Assembly: GCA_964565945.1 (NCBI GenBank)
Contig: CAZMGY010000036.1
Coordinates: 1 to 32,000 of the forward strand
Direction: 5' to 3'
DNA from: an uncultured bacterium
Lineage (GTDB): Bacteria > GCA-001730085
DNA length: 32,000 nucleotides
A model generated the notes under the pieces. The model had not been told where the DNA came from. It made no database searches and saw only the letters and a list, made by a program, of their open reading frames with translations. The position numbers and the translations under genes were made by a program. Below, piece by piece: positions 7,561 through 16,436 of this stretch; positions within the stretch are counted from its first letter, which is position 1; every line of letters starts with the position of its first letter.

Positions 7561-10263
7561 ATGGTCGCAACCACAGAAAAATTGGTTTACTTTTTTGGCA
7601 GTGGGGTATCAGAAGGTGACGCCACCATGCGCGAACTTTTGGGAGGCAAAGGAGCCAATCTTGCTGAAATGACAACTTTGGAAGTTCCTGTTCCCGCTGG
7701 ATTCACCATCACAACCGAAGTCTGTGCGTACTATTATGAACACAGCAAACAATACCCAGACTATCTTAAAGAGCAAGTTCTCGAAAACATTAAAAAGCTC
7801 GAAGAAAGCATGGGCATGAAATTTGGAGATAGCGAAAACCCCTTGCTCGTTTCTGTACGTAGTGGGGCCGCTGCCTCTCTTCCAGGCATGATGGATACCG
7901 TTCTTAACTTGGGTATCAATGAACAAGCCATGCAAGGCCTTATCAAAAAATCAGGCAATGCTCGTTTTGCGTGGGATTCTTATCGTCGCTTTATTCAAAT
8001 GTTTGGTGACGTAGCCATGGGTGTGGATCATCACCATTTCGAATCTGAGCTTGAAACACTCAAAGCCGAAAAAAATGTCCAAAACGATATTGAACTTAAC
8101 GCCGAGGATATGCAAGAGCTTGTCACGCGTTACAAAGCTGCGTACAAAAAAATCAAAGGTGAAGATTTTCCCGATAATCCCGAAGATCAATTGTGGGCCT
8201 CTATCAACGCTGTTTTCAATTCTTGGAACAACGAACGTGCTATTGCTTATCGCGAAATGAATGATATCAAAGGTCTTAAAGGAACCGCTGTGAACATCCA
8301 AGCCATGGTATTTGGAAATATGGGAGAAAGCTCAGCCACAGGAGTGTGCTTTTCTCGCAACCCCGCCACAGGTGAGAATGTTTTTTATGGCGAATACCTC
8401 ATCAATGCCCAAGGGGAAGACGTGGTAGCTGGTATCCGTACACCCCAAGAAATGACCAAAGTGAGCTCTCAAGCATGGGCTGAAAGCAACGACATCTCGG
8501 AAGAGGATCGCATTGCTAAATATCCTTCTCTCGAAGAAGTGATGCCCGAACTGTATCAAGAAATTGTTGCTATCAAAGACAAATTGGAACAACATTATAA
8601 AGACATGCAAGATATGGAGTTCACCATTCAAGAAGGCACCCTCTATTTCTTGCAAACACGTAATGGTAAAAGAACTGCTCAGGCAGCTGTAAGATTAGCT
8701 GTCGAAATGGTTAACGAAGGTCTTATCGACAAAAACACGGGGCTTCTTCGTATCAACCCAGAAGACTTAGACCACTTGTTACATCCTGTTTTCGACCCTA
8801 AGGCCGAAATCAACGTTCTTACCAAAGGATTGAATGCGTCTCCTGGCGCCGCCGTGGGTGAGGTTGTTTTTAGTGCCGAGGACGCGGTCAAAGCTAAAAA
8901 AAATGGCAAAAAAAATATTTTGGTTCGCATCGAAACATCCCCCGAAGATATCAAGGGAATGGATGCATGTAATGGTATCTTAACCGCGCGCGGTGGAGCC
9001 ACAAGCCACGCAGCTGTGGTAGCTCGTGGTATGGGTAAATGCTGCATTGCTGGTTGTGGTGATGTACACATTGACTACAACGCTCAAGAATTCAAAGTGG
9101 GCGATGTGACGGTTAAAAAAGGTGACTCCATTTCTCTTAACGGTTCCACTGGAGAAGTTATTCTTGGAGCAGTTCCAACCATCGAACCTGAATTGTCGGG
9201 TGATTTCGGAACATTGATGAGCTGGGCAGATGAGTTTCGTACACTTAATGTACGTACTAACTCCGATACGCCAAAAGATGCTAAAGTGGCTCGCAACTTT
9301 GGCGCCGAAGGAATTGGTCTTTGCCGTACAGAGCATATGTTTTTCGAAGGCGATCGCATCACAAGCGTTCGCGAAATGATCCTTGCCGATACACTCGAAG
9401 GACGTAAAAATGCCTTAGCCAAACTTTTGCCTATGCAAGAAAAGGACTTTTATGGTCTCTTCCAAGAAATGGCTGGATTACCTGTGACCATTCGTTTGCT
9501 GGATCCACCATTGCACGAATTTTTGCCTCACACAGAGCGTGAAATTGATGAACTTGCAAGCATTCTTGGTGTAGATACACAGCTCCTGGTTAACAAAGTG
9601 AAATCCTTGCACGAATTCAACCCCATGTTAGGTCATCGTGGTTGCCGCTTGGCCATTACATACCCAGAAATTTATGATATGCAAGTGACAGCTGTGATTC
9701 GCTCCGCCATTCGCTTCAAAAAAGATTCTGGCCAAGACATTGTGCCCGAAATTATGATTCCATTGGTGGGTAAGCACGAAGAACTAGGTATTCTTAAAGC
9801 CAATGCAATTGCTGTGATTGAACAAGAAATGACTTTGGCTGGCGTCCAATTGGAGTATTTGATTGGAACCATGATCGAAGTACCTCGCGCTGCTGTAACC
9901 GCGGATCTTATCGCCGAAGAAGCTCAATTCTTCTCGTTTGGAACCAACGATCTCACACAGATGGGTTGTGGTTTCTCTCGCGACGATGCAGGGAGCTTTT
10001 TGGGTGAATACGTCAAACGCGGTATTTACGACAAAGATCCCTTCCAAGTTTTGGATCAAGAAGGTATTGGTGAGTTAATGAAAATCGCCATCGACAAAGG
10101 TCGTAGCGTGAACAAAGATATCAAACTTGGTATCTGTGGGGAACATGGTGGCGAGCCATCTTCGGTGGAATTTTGCCATCGCATCGGCTTGCACTATGTG
10201 AGCTGTTCGCCCTTTCGCGTACCGATTGCTCGTTTGGCAGCGGCTCAAGCAGCCATCAAATAA
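7561..10263 (+). CDS. ppdK: Pyruvate, phosphate dikinase
   Basis: A 900-aa product with the phosphohistidine motif GGATSHAAVVARGMG and the C-terminal PEP-utilising motif LGICGEHGGEP. The N-terminal ATP-grasp region is typical of PPDK. Confidence 0.97.
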   Translation: MVATTEKLVYFFGSGVSEGDATMRELLGGKGANLAEMTTLEVPVPAGFTITTEVCAYYYEHSKQYPDYLKEQVLENIKKLEESMGMKFGDSENPLLVSVRSGAAASLPGMMDTVLNLGINEQAMQGLIKKSGNARFAWDSYRRFIQMFGDVAMGVDHHHFESELETLKAEKNVQNDIELNAEDMQELVTRYKAAYKKIKGEDFPDNPEDQLWASINAVFNSWNNERAIAYREMNDIKGLKGTAVNIQAMVFGNMGESSATGVCFSRNPATGENVFYGEYLINAQGEDVVAGIRTPQEMTKVSSQAWAESNDISEEDRIAKYPSLEEVMPELYQEIVAIKDKLEQHYKDMQDMEFTIQEGTLYFLQTRNGKRTAQAAVRLAVEMVNEGLIDKNTGLLRINPEDLDHLLHPVFDPKAEINVLTKGLNASPGAAVGEVVFSAEDAVKAKKNGKKNILVRIETSPEDIKGMDACNGILTARGGATSHAAVVARGMGKCCIAGCGDVHIDYNAQEFKVGDVTVKKGDSISLNGSTGEVILGAVPTIEPELSGDFGTLMSWADEFRTLNVRTNSDTPKDAKVARNFGAEGIGLCRTEHMFFEGDRITSVREMILADTLEGRKNALAKLLPMQEKDFYGLFQEMAGLPVTIRLLDPPLHEFLPHTEREIDELASILGVDTQLLVNKVKSLHEFNPMLGHRGCRLAITYPEIYDMQVTAVIRSAIRFKKDSGQDIVPEIMIPLVGKHEELGILKANAIAVIEQEMTLAGVQLEYLIGTMIEVPRAAVTADLIAEEAQFFSFGTNDLTQMGCGFSRDDAGSFLGEYVKRGIYDKDPFQVLDQEGIGELMKIAIDKGRSVNKDIKLGICGEHGGEPSSVEFCHRIGLHYVSCSPFRVPIARLAAAQAAIK

Positions 10264-10272
10264 CAGACAGAT

Positions 10273-11238
10273 ATGCTAACGCTTATTTTACAGTATGGGC
10301 TTCCTGCAGTTGCGATTGCAGTTGCAGGAAGCCTTCTTGTGCGCTCAGGGGAATCTATTGCGGCTAGATGGGGTTTAGGCCACGTTTGGTTAGGCAGTAT
10401 TTTGGTCGCAGCAGCAACCTCTTTTCCCGAATTAGTCACTTCCGTCAAAGCTATTTCACTTGGAGCCTACGATATGTCGATTTCGAATATCTATGGCAGC
10501 ATTTTATTTAACTTGGCCATATTGGGTGTTGTAGTACTGGTCTATCCCAAGTGGCAACAAGAAAAAATTGGTGGCTCCATCAAAATGGCGACCTTTTTCA
10601 CAGTTGGCTTACTTATAGTCACCATTATTAATGCTTACCTCCCATGGAGCGGAACCTTTCTTCACCTAGGATGGGGAACATGGCTGATTTTAATCGCCTA
10701 CACCATCTACATTCGTTCCATCTTTAAAAACAAGATTACCAACGAAGGGGATATCAGCCAAGCAGAACCTTTGCTTAAAAATATCATTCTTTACCTCGTC
10801 GCGGTGGCTATTATTTTTGTCGCGGGTTGTTACTGTGTCAGAGCCGCTGAAAAACTCGTCCTACATACAGGCTGGAATGAGGGCTTTGTCGGTCTTTTGT
10901 TCTTAGCCTTAGCCACATCCCTGCCAGAATTGGTCACCGCCTTCAAAGCAGCCCGCATGAAATCTCTTCAGCTCATACTGAGCATCATATGGGGCAGCAA
11001 TATCTTCAATCTGTGTATTATCAGTGCCAGTGACTTCTTCTTACCTTGTCAAACCATCTTGCAAGCCACCTCTTCAACCAAAGGTCTCACAGCCTTATTA
11101 ACATTACTCTATGGCTTAGCCGTGCCACTTATTTTTTCACTGGGCCTGAAGGGGCATTATTTTCGCTTGAAAACAGCTGGCCTTCTTGTTATAGTATCCT
11201 ACGTGTTAGTCTTGATGATTACGTTCTATTTTTCGTAA
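10273..11238 (+). CDS. Ca2+/cation antiporter family membrane protein (CaCA, YrbG-like)
   Basis: A polytopic membrane protein with two alpha-repeat-like segments (AAATSFPELVTS and ALATSLPELVTA). Confidence 0.8.
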   Translation: MLTLILQYGLPAVAIAVAGSLLVRSGESIAARWGLGHVWLGSILVAAATSFPELVTSVKAISLGAYDMSISNIYGSILFNLAILGVVVLVYPKWQQEKIGGSIKMATFFTVGLLIVTIINAYLPWSGTFLHLGWGTWLILIAYTIYIRSIFKNKITNEGDISQAEPLLKNIILYLVAVAIIFVAGCYCVRAAEKLVLHTGWNEGFVGLLFLALATSLPELVTAFKAARMKSLQLILSIIWGSNIFNLCIISASDFFLPCQTILQATSSTKGLTALLTLLYGLAVPLIFSLGLKGHYFRLKTAGLLVIVSYVLVLMITFYFS

Positions 11239-11242
11239 GAGA

Positions 11243-11252
11243 GGGGGGGGGG
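11243..11252. repeat. G10 homopolymer tract between the antiporter stop and the sigma-factor start
   Basis: Direct count in TAAGAGAGGGGGGGGGGCAAGCAAAAATG gives ten consecutive G, ending 9 nt before ATG 11262. Confidence 0.95.
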
Positions 11253-11261
11253 CAAGCAAAA

Positions 11262-12185
11262 ATGTCGAATAAAGAACATCAGCATTCCGAAGAGTTAAAA
11301 AAAAACGATTTAGCCGAATACGGACAAATAACGACACGCGATATCGGTGTTGATCCTGTTCGTCTTTACTTGAGAGATATTAGCTATATACCGTTACTTC
11401 CCCACGAAGCAGAAATAGCGCTCGCCAAAAAAATCAAAAAAGGCAACGAAAAAGCTCGCTTGACCCTTATCCGCTCAAACCTCCGCTTGGTGGTTAAAAT
11501 TGCCAAACGCTATGGCCGCTACGGCATGCCTTTGCTTGATCTTATTGAAGAAGGTAATTTAGGATTGATGCGTGCGGTGGAAAAGTTTGATCACACCAAA
11601 GGTTTCAAATTTAGCACGTATGCCGCATGGTGGATTCGCCAATCAATCATTCGCGCGTTTGCCAACCAAGGCAAAACAATTCGTATTCCCGTCTATATGA
11701 CTGAATTTGTTTACAAGTGGAAAAAAACCATTGCTGAGCTATCCCAAGAATATGGTCGCGTTCCCATCGAGGAGGAAGTGGCGGAGCGGATGGGTATTAC
11801 TGTTGAAAAAGTACAAACCATTTCACGCATTTCAACTGGATCTAAATCGTTAGATGCTGCTGTCGACGACGATGGTGTTAATGTCTTGCTCGATGTGATC
11901 AGTGATGAACGGGCAGTCATGCCATCTCATACGGTATCACAAATCATGCAACGCGAACGGATCGATGACCTTTTCGACGAATACCTCACCGAACGTGAAG
12001 TCAAAATATTGACCGTTCGCTTTGGTCTCGACGATGGCATTCCCAAGACTTTGGAAGAAACGGGTAAACATTTTGATTTAACCCGTGAGCGTGTCCGTCA
12101 ATTGGAGAAGAAGGCTCTCGAAAAACTGCGTGAAATGACATCGCAGGAATCTAAAGAACTTCATGAAATCAGTGAAAGCGAGTAA
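11262..12185 (+). CDS. RNA polymerase sigma factor, sigma-70 family (RpoD/RpoS-like, regions 1.2 to 4)
   Basis: Region 2 ([38 protein letters not shown]) and region 4 ([28 protein letters not shown]). The start was trimmed from 11046 to ATG 11262, because the upstream part of the listed ORF overlaps the antiporter out of frame. Confidence 0.9.
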   Translation: MSNKEHQHSEELKKNDLAEYGQITTRDIGVDPVRLYLRDISYIPLLPHEAEIALAKKIKKGNEKARLTLIRSNLRLVVKIAKRYGRYGMPLLDLIEEGNLGLMRAVEKFDHTKGFKFSTYAAWWIRQSIIRAFANQGKTIRIPVYMTEFVYKWKKTIAELSQEYGRVPIEEEVAERMGITVEKVQTISRISTGSKSLDAAVDDDGVNVLLDVISDERAVMPSHTVSQIMQRERIDDLFDEYLTEREVKILTVRFGLDDGIPKTLEETGKHFDLTRERVRQLEKKALEKLREMTSQESKELHEISESE

Positions 12186-12194
12186 GCAACGCTA

Positions 12195-12707
12195 ATGAGT
12201 TTTGATAGCCAGGTTCGTGACATTCCCGATTTTCCTAAAACAGGTATTATTTTTAGAGATATCACTCCGTTACTCAAGAATCAGAAAAAATTTAAGGAAG
12301 TGATTGATCACTTGGCTGAACAGCTCGACGAGAAACAAGTCACAGCCGTAGTAGGAATTGAATCACGCGGTTTTATCTTTGGATCAGTACTCGCTTATCG
12401 CTTAGGCTGTTCCTTTATTCCAGCTCGAAAAAAGGGTAAATTGCCGCACACAACCGTATCCGCAGATTATGAACTGGAATACGGTACGGACTCCATCGAA
12501 ATGCACCAAGATGCCATTAATGAAAATGATCATGTTGTGATTATCGACGATTTACTGGCCACTGGGGGAACCGCAAAAGCAGTGGTTGACTTGGTTAAAC
12601 AACTGAAGGCAAACATCCATTCGATACTATTTTTCATAGAGCTATCTTTCTTAAATGGGCGAAATCAAATCAAGGATCATCCCGTCTATTCCGTATTAAC
12701 CTATTAG
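12195..12707 (+). CDS. apt: Adenine phosphoribosyltransferase
   Basis: PRPP-binding motif VVIIDDLLATGGTA, with APRT-like length and N-terminus (IPDFPKTGIIFRDITPLL). Confidence 0.9.
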   Translation: MSFDSQVRDIPDFPKTGIIFRDITPLLKNQKKFKEVIDHLAEQLDEKQVTAVVGIESRGFIFGSVLAYRLGCSFIPARKKGKLPHTTVSADYELEYGTDSIEMHQDAINENDHVVIIDDLLATGGTAKAVVDLVKQLKANIHSILFFIELSFLNGRNQIKDHPVYSVLTY

Positions 12708-12727
12708 ACAAACAATTTCTACAAAAT

Positions 12728-12801
12728 GTCCCCGTAGCTCAGATGGATAGAGCATCAGTTTCCTAAACTGCGTGCCGGGCGTTCGAATCGCCCCGGGGAC
12801 A
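12728..12801 (+). tRNA. tRNA-Arg (anticodon CCU)
   Basis: Hand-folded cloverleaf. Acceptor gtccccg/cggggac, D arm gctc-agatggata-gagc, anticodon arm tcagt-ttCCTaa-actgc (one U-C mismatch at 27:43). Variable loop gtgcc, T arm gggcg-ttcgaat-cgccc, discriminator A. CCA is not encoded. Confidence 0.9.
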
Positions 12802-12921
12802 TTTTTAACACCCTACGGACACTCCTTTGTCATCGGATCCAGAATCGCGCTAGAGTAAGTGAGGACTGAACGGCAATATTCATGTATAATAGCTCGCGTG
12901 CATGAGAGGATAAAAGATATT

Positions 12922-13482
12922 ATGAAACGTTTCGTGAAATATATCGCACTAATCGGCATGATTATTCTGCCTTTGGGTTGCAGTGCGTCGCCTAAACATC
13001 AACTTTATTATGGCGCCAATGACCGCGCCAAAATCATGAGTGAGCCTACCATTAAAAAGCTCAACAGCATGGCAAAGCTTTTGCACCAAAGCAGTGGGGC
13101 TCATTTGGTTCTCATAACGCAAAAAGCTTCGACTCTTAATCCTGGGGGAGCCATCGACTACCTTAAGCGTTATCGCAAGGAGCACAGCAATGCTCAGGAT
13201 ATCGTCATTTTGGTTTGGCATCATGCCCATGCCCAAGCCGAAATCATCACATCCGATTCCTTAAGCTTGTCTGTTAGCGCGCTTGATCAACAATCTATCT
13301 TAAGCGGCTTGCAAAAACGCTTAAGCGAACTAGGGTTAAACCCTGGCCTGACCTATGCCATGATGAGCTTGGGTTCCAAAGTGGCCAAGCAATTCAATGT
13401 CAATTTCCAACAGCTTTTGCAAAAAGCTCCAACCGATTTGGACAACTTAAACGCCAATAACGTTAAATGGGATCTCACATGA
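12922..13482 (+). CDS. Lipoprotein with a TPM (YgcG-like) domain pattern
   Basis: Signal peptide with lipobox (MKRFVKYIALIGMIILPLGC). The body loosely follows the TPM-domain pattern as I recall it (NDRAKIMSEPTIKKLNSMAKLL..SGAHLVLIT; DIVILVW....AEIITSDSL). The start was trimmed from 12859 to ATG 12922. Confidence 0.55.
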   Translation: MKRFVKYIALIGMIILPLGCSASPKHQLYYGANDRAKIMSEPTIKKLNSMAKLLHQSSGAHLVLITQKASTLNPGGAIDYLKRYRKEHSNAQDIVILVWHHAHAQAEIITSDSLSLSVSALDQQSILSGLQKRLSELGLNPGLTYAMMSLGSKVAKQFNVNFQQLLQKAPTDLDNLNANNVKWDLT

Positions 13483-14462
13483 AAAAAACCGTCTTAACCG
13501 TCTTTAAAATAACCTTAAGCCTGACTATCATTGCCTATATTTTTCGCAGCCAGGTCAACTTTAACGAGTTTTGGCAAACTATCACCTCGGCCGACATAAG
13601 CCTGATGATACTTGCTAGCCTTCTCTTTATCTTAACGGCGCTGCTCTGCATGCTACGTTGGCAGGTTCTTCTCAAAGCCCACAACATTGAATTACCTTTC
13701 TTGCGCGTGATGCGCCTCTTTTCGATCGGCATGTTTTTTAATACCTTTATGATTGGCACCACTGGTGGTGATTTGATCAAAATGTTTTATATTTCCAAAC
13801 AAACCAACAAAGGAGTCGAAGGAAGTATGAGTATTTTTTTCGATCGCTTTTCGGGCCTATACGCCATAGTCTTATTAGCTTTTATCGCAGTTATTATCAA
13901 ATTCAACGATCCCCATTTATCCAAGCTTTTTCGGCCAGTGATTACCTTTACCGCAGCAATGATTGGGGGAACAGCGTTGTTTTTATGGATGAATCATCAT
14001 TCCAAGGTGTCACAAAAACTGTCTCAATTGTTAGCACGAATCAAAGCCGAGCAACTTTATCAAAAAATTCGCACCGTGATCCTCGATTTTTCCAAACATC
14101 CGCAAGCTTTCTTGAAAGCTCTGATCTTATCTTTTACGATCCACATTATTTTTACCATTATTAATTATTGGGTCGGTCGAGCCCTCGGGATCACAGGAGT
14201 CTCTTTAGGAACCTATTGCGTGCTTATTCCTATCATCATTTTTCTAAGTTCGATTCCTATTTCTATTTCCGGATGGGGCGTAGGGGAGGCCCTTTACATT
14301 TTTTTGTTAGCCCCTTATGGCGTCGATGCCGTCACAGCGGTCACCTTATCGATCACAATCAAAGTGTATTACTACCTTGTTGGCTTCGCTTCGGTTACCG
14401 CCTACATTGCTCCAGGACTGAACACCACATGGCCACAAACAACTAAGGAATCAACGACATGA
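13479..14462 (+). CDS. UPF0104 / lysyl-phosphatidylglycerol-synthase-TM-type (flippase-like) integral membrane protein
   Basis: A polytopic membrane protein with family-like features (LRWQVLLKAHNIELPF, FFNTFMIGTTGGDLIKM). ATG 13479 overlaps the upstream stop (ATGA). Confidence 0.7.
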   Translation: MKKTVLTVFKITLSLTIIAYIFRSQVNFNEFWQTITSADISLMILASLLFILTALLCMLRWQVLLKAHNIELPFLRVMRLFSIGMFFNTFMIGTTGGDLIKMFYISKQTNKGVEGSMSIFFDRFSGLYAIVLLAFIAVIIKFNDPHLSKLFRPVITFTAAMIGGTALFLWMNHHSKVSQKLSQLLARIKAEQLYQKIRTVILDFSKHPQAFLKALILSFTIHIIFTIINYWVGRALGITGVSLGTYCVLIPIIIFLSSIPISISGWGVGEALYIFLLAPYGVDAVTAVTLSITIKVYYYLVGFASVTAYIAPGLNTTWPQTTKESTT

Positions 14463-14977
14463 ATCATTATCAACTTTGGGAAAAAGCTTTGCAAAAAACC
14501 GAAATTATTCGACCACGGATGCTACCTTTATCATCCGAGCGCAACACTCAATTGTCATATATTTTTTTAGCCCGCTCCTCGCTTACACCTCAAACAACGG
14601 TAATCCGACAAGGGTATGTGGACGTGGGAAAGCCCTCAATTATCTTGCCACCAAGCTTACCTCACTTAGAAGGTTTTGAATTTCAGGATATGGAACAAAC
14701 TGCGATCAACTTTTTACTGATCCGCGGAATCAAATTTCCCTCCCTCAAATATCTTAATCAAATCAAACATTTAGATATCTACGATGGTGATCTCGATCAA
14801 GCACGCGCCTTCTATTTAAATCGCTTACAACGCGAAGAAAACATTCAAACAAGTTTCATATTGGGCTCAGAAGATAGCTGGCAATACTCGGTTTTGATTT
14901 TTGTCTGCATGATGGCGTCACGCGTTGCAGAAAAAGATATCACCGCTCTCATGGATGAGTTCAACCAAGACAAATAA
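14459..14977 (+). CDS. Hypothetical soluble protein, 172 aa, no recognisable motif
   Basis: ORF whose ATG overlaps the UPF0104 stop (ATGA), which suggests co-translation. No transmembrane segment and no motif I can name. Confidence 0.55.
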   Translation: MNHYQLWEKALQKTEIIRPRMLPLSSERNTQLSYIFLARSSLTPQTTVIRQGYVDVGKPSIILPPSLPHLEGFEFQDMEQTAINFLLIRGIKFPSLKYLNQIKHLDIYDGDLDQARAFYLNRLQREENIQTSFILGSEDSWQYSVLIFVCMMASRVAEKDITALMDEFNQDK

Positions 14978-14994
14978 TTACCTAAGGATGATGA

Positions 14995-15171
14995 ATGAAA
15001 ACACTAATCAAAGGCCTGGTTATTCCTTTTTTGTTGTTAGCCCTAACCTTAACTCAAGGATGTGGACACACAAAAGTCGATGAAAAAGGGGAATGGAAAG
15101 GCATCTGGAACACCGTTGGCATGGGGCTCATTATTGCCGCCGCATTCATTGCTGCCGATTTAACCTCCTAA
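14995..15171 (+). CDS. Small (58 aa) putative lipoprotein with a C-terminal hydrophobic helix; absent from the ORF track
   Basis: My translation is MKTLIKGLVIPFLLLALTLTQGCGHTKVDEKGEWKGIWNTVGMGLIIAAAFIAADLTS*. It has a lipobox LTQGC, an AAGGA 6-7 nt upstream of the ATG, and starts 17 nt after the previous stop. Confidence 0.5.
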   Translation: MKTLIKGLVIPFLLLALTLTQGCGHTKVDEKGEWKGIWNTVGMGLIIAAAFIAADLTS

Positions 15172-15281
15172 ATCTCTAGCCAAATCTAGGCATGATGCTT
15201 ATAAATCTGTCCCCATTCAAAATACCATTGGCATTAACTAAGTCAAAACGAGCCCCACCTTGTAACAAAGCGTCTATCAGA

Positions 15282-15290
15282 TTTTTTTTT
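15282..15290. repeat. T9 homopolymer (A9 on the minus strand) in the intergenic region upstream of trxA
   Basis: Direct count in cagATTTTTTTTTcaatc. Confidence 0.95.
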
Positions 15291-15383
15291 CAATCAATTG
15301 ATAAAATGTTGCGGCTGGATTAAGCGATGGGAGAGCTAAAATAAGCAATCTTTCGTTATGCCTATAAAGTTAAAATTCTCACC

Positions 15384-15413
15384 TTGACATATTACTGAAG
15401 CTGCGTTTAATAT
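15384..15413 (+). promoter_or_regulatory. Candidate sigma-70-type promoter for trxA-bioD
   Basis: TTGACA (15384-15389), an 18-nt spacer, then TAATAT (15408-15413), about 40 nt upstream of the trxA ATG, which has SD AAGAGGAG. Pattern only. Confidence 0.45.
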
Positions 15414-15453
15414 AATGTTTTCTTGTATGTTTTGATAAAAAGAGGAGTTTGTC

Positions 15454-15774
15454 ATGTCCGTAGTAGTACTTAGCACCCATAATTTTTCAACGGAAGTTCT
15501 CGAATCCGATCAACCTGTTGTGGTTGACTTTTATGCCGATTGGTGTGGTCCTTGCAAAATGGTAGCACCTATCCTCGAAAAATTATCGAATGATTATGAT
15601 GGAAAAGTAAAATTTGCCAAATTAGACATCGACAATGCTCAAGAGCTGGCTGCACAGTATGAGGTTTCTAGCATTCCAACATTGATTTTATTCAAAGATG
15701 GAAATAAAGCAGATCAAGCCGTGGGTGCTCTGCCCAAAGGACAAATTGAAGACTTTGTGAACAAATCCCTTTAA
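15454..15774 (+). CDS. trxA: Thioredoxin
   Basis: 106 aa with the active site WCGPC and a canonical thioredoxin sequence (VVVDFYADWCGPCKMVAPILE). Confidence 0.95.
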   Translation: MSVVVLSTHNFSTEVLESDQPVVVDFYADWCGPCKMVAPILEKLSNDYDGKVKFAKLDIDNAQELAAQYEVSSIPTLILFKDGNKADQAVGALPKGQIEDFVNKSL

Positions 15775-16436
15775 TGAACGACCTGTTTATCACGGCAACA
15801 GGGACAGATGTGGGTAAGACACATTTGTCCCTGCTTATCTTACGCTGGTTACAATCCGAACATTGTAGTCCTATTTACTATAAACCGTTAGCCACAGGGT
15901 GCCGTCTCGAGCAAACAAAACTCTTCGTACCCGATCTAGATGCGATTGCCTCATGCATAGATATCCCAACCCACACCAGTTTTGTCTATGAACCACCACA
16001 AGCTCCCTATGCTGTTCCAAAACATCTTTCTAACAAGCAAGGACCCGAAACCATTTTGCAAGCCTACCAAAAATTACAAGCCAAGGATCAAACCGTGATT
16101 GTTGAGGGTATCGGAGGTGTTGCCGTTCCCTTATGGTTCCAATATAGAGTTTCCGATTTAATGGTGGACTTAAATCTTCCGGTTCTTTTGGTGGCCGATG
16201 CCAACCTCGGTACAATTAACCATACCTTACTCAGCCTTGAACACTTGCAAAGCAAGCAGATCAAGGTTCTGGGATTCATTCTCAATCACCCCGAAGATAC
16301 TAAAGACTCTTCAAGCGCTAGCAATGTCAAAGTTATCTCAGATTTTACTGACATTCCCTACCTTTTTACGGTAGAATACGGTCAAGATAGGTTCACAGAA
16401 GATCAAATCAATGTGCTTAAGGGAGTTTTAGGATGA
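15774..16436 (+). CDS. bioD: ATP-dependent dethiobiotin synthetase
   Basis: N-terminal P-loop LFITATGTDVGKT and a BioD-like length and body (VIVEGIGGVAVPL). TAATG junction with trxA. Confidence 0.75.
   Translation: MNDLFITATGTDVGKTHLSLLILRWLQSEHCSPIYYKPLATGCRLEQTKLFVPDLDAIASCIDIPTHTSFVYEPPQAPYAVPKHLSNKQGPETILQAYQKLQAKDQTVIVEGIGGVAVPLWFQYRVSDLMVDLNLPVLLVADANLGTINHTLLSLEHLQSKQIKVLGFILNHPEDTKDSSSASNVKVISDFTDIPYLFTVEYGQDRFTEDQINVLKGVLG

Noticed and set aside
7609-10059. A series of 90-130-aa antisense ORFs covering most of ppdK (e.g. 8679-9071, 8980-9336, 9084-9422, 7951-8301).
   Set aside because: The sense strand encodes an unambiguous, full-length PPDK. Antisense frames stay open when sense codon usage avoids TTA/CTA/TCA. 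The translations are low-complexity and Arg/Ser-rich, with no SD or motifs.
11046-11261. The upstream part of the listed sigma-factor ORF, overlapping the antiporter gene.
   Set aside because: Sigma homology and a sensible N-terminus begin at ATG 11262. The extension is an off-frame read of the antiporter's last transmembrane segments.
12728-12921. tRNA-Arg as a possible integration hotspot for a genomic island.
   Set aside because: I found no integrase gene and no direct repeat of the tRNA 3' end downstream in the window. The flanking genes look like ordinary core or envelope genes with similar composition.
15192-15323. A plus-strand 43-codon ORF (MMLINLSPFKIPLALTKSKRAPPCNKASIRFFFQSIDKMLRLD*) in the intergenic region upstream of trxA.
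   Set aside because: It has no convincing SD, reads through the T9 tract, has no motif, and competes with the minus-strand relic interpretation. Support is insufficient.
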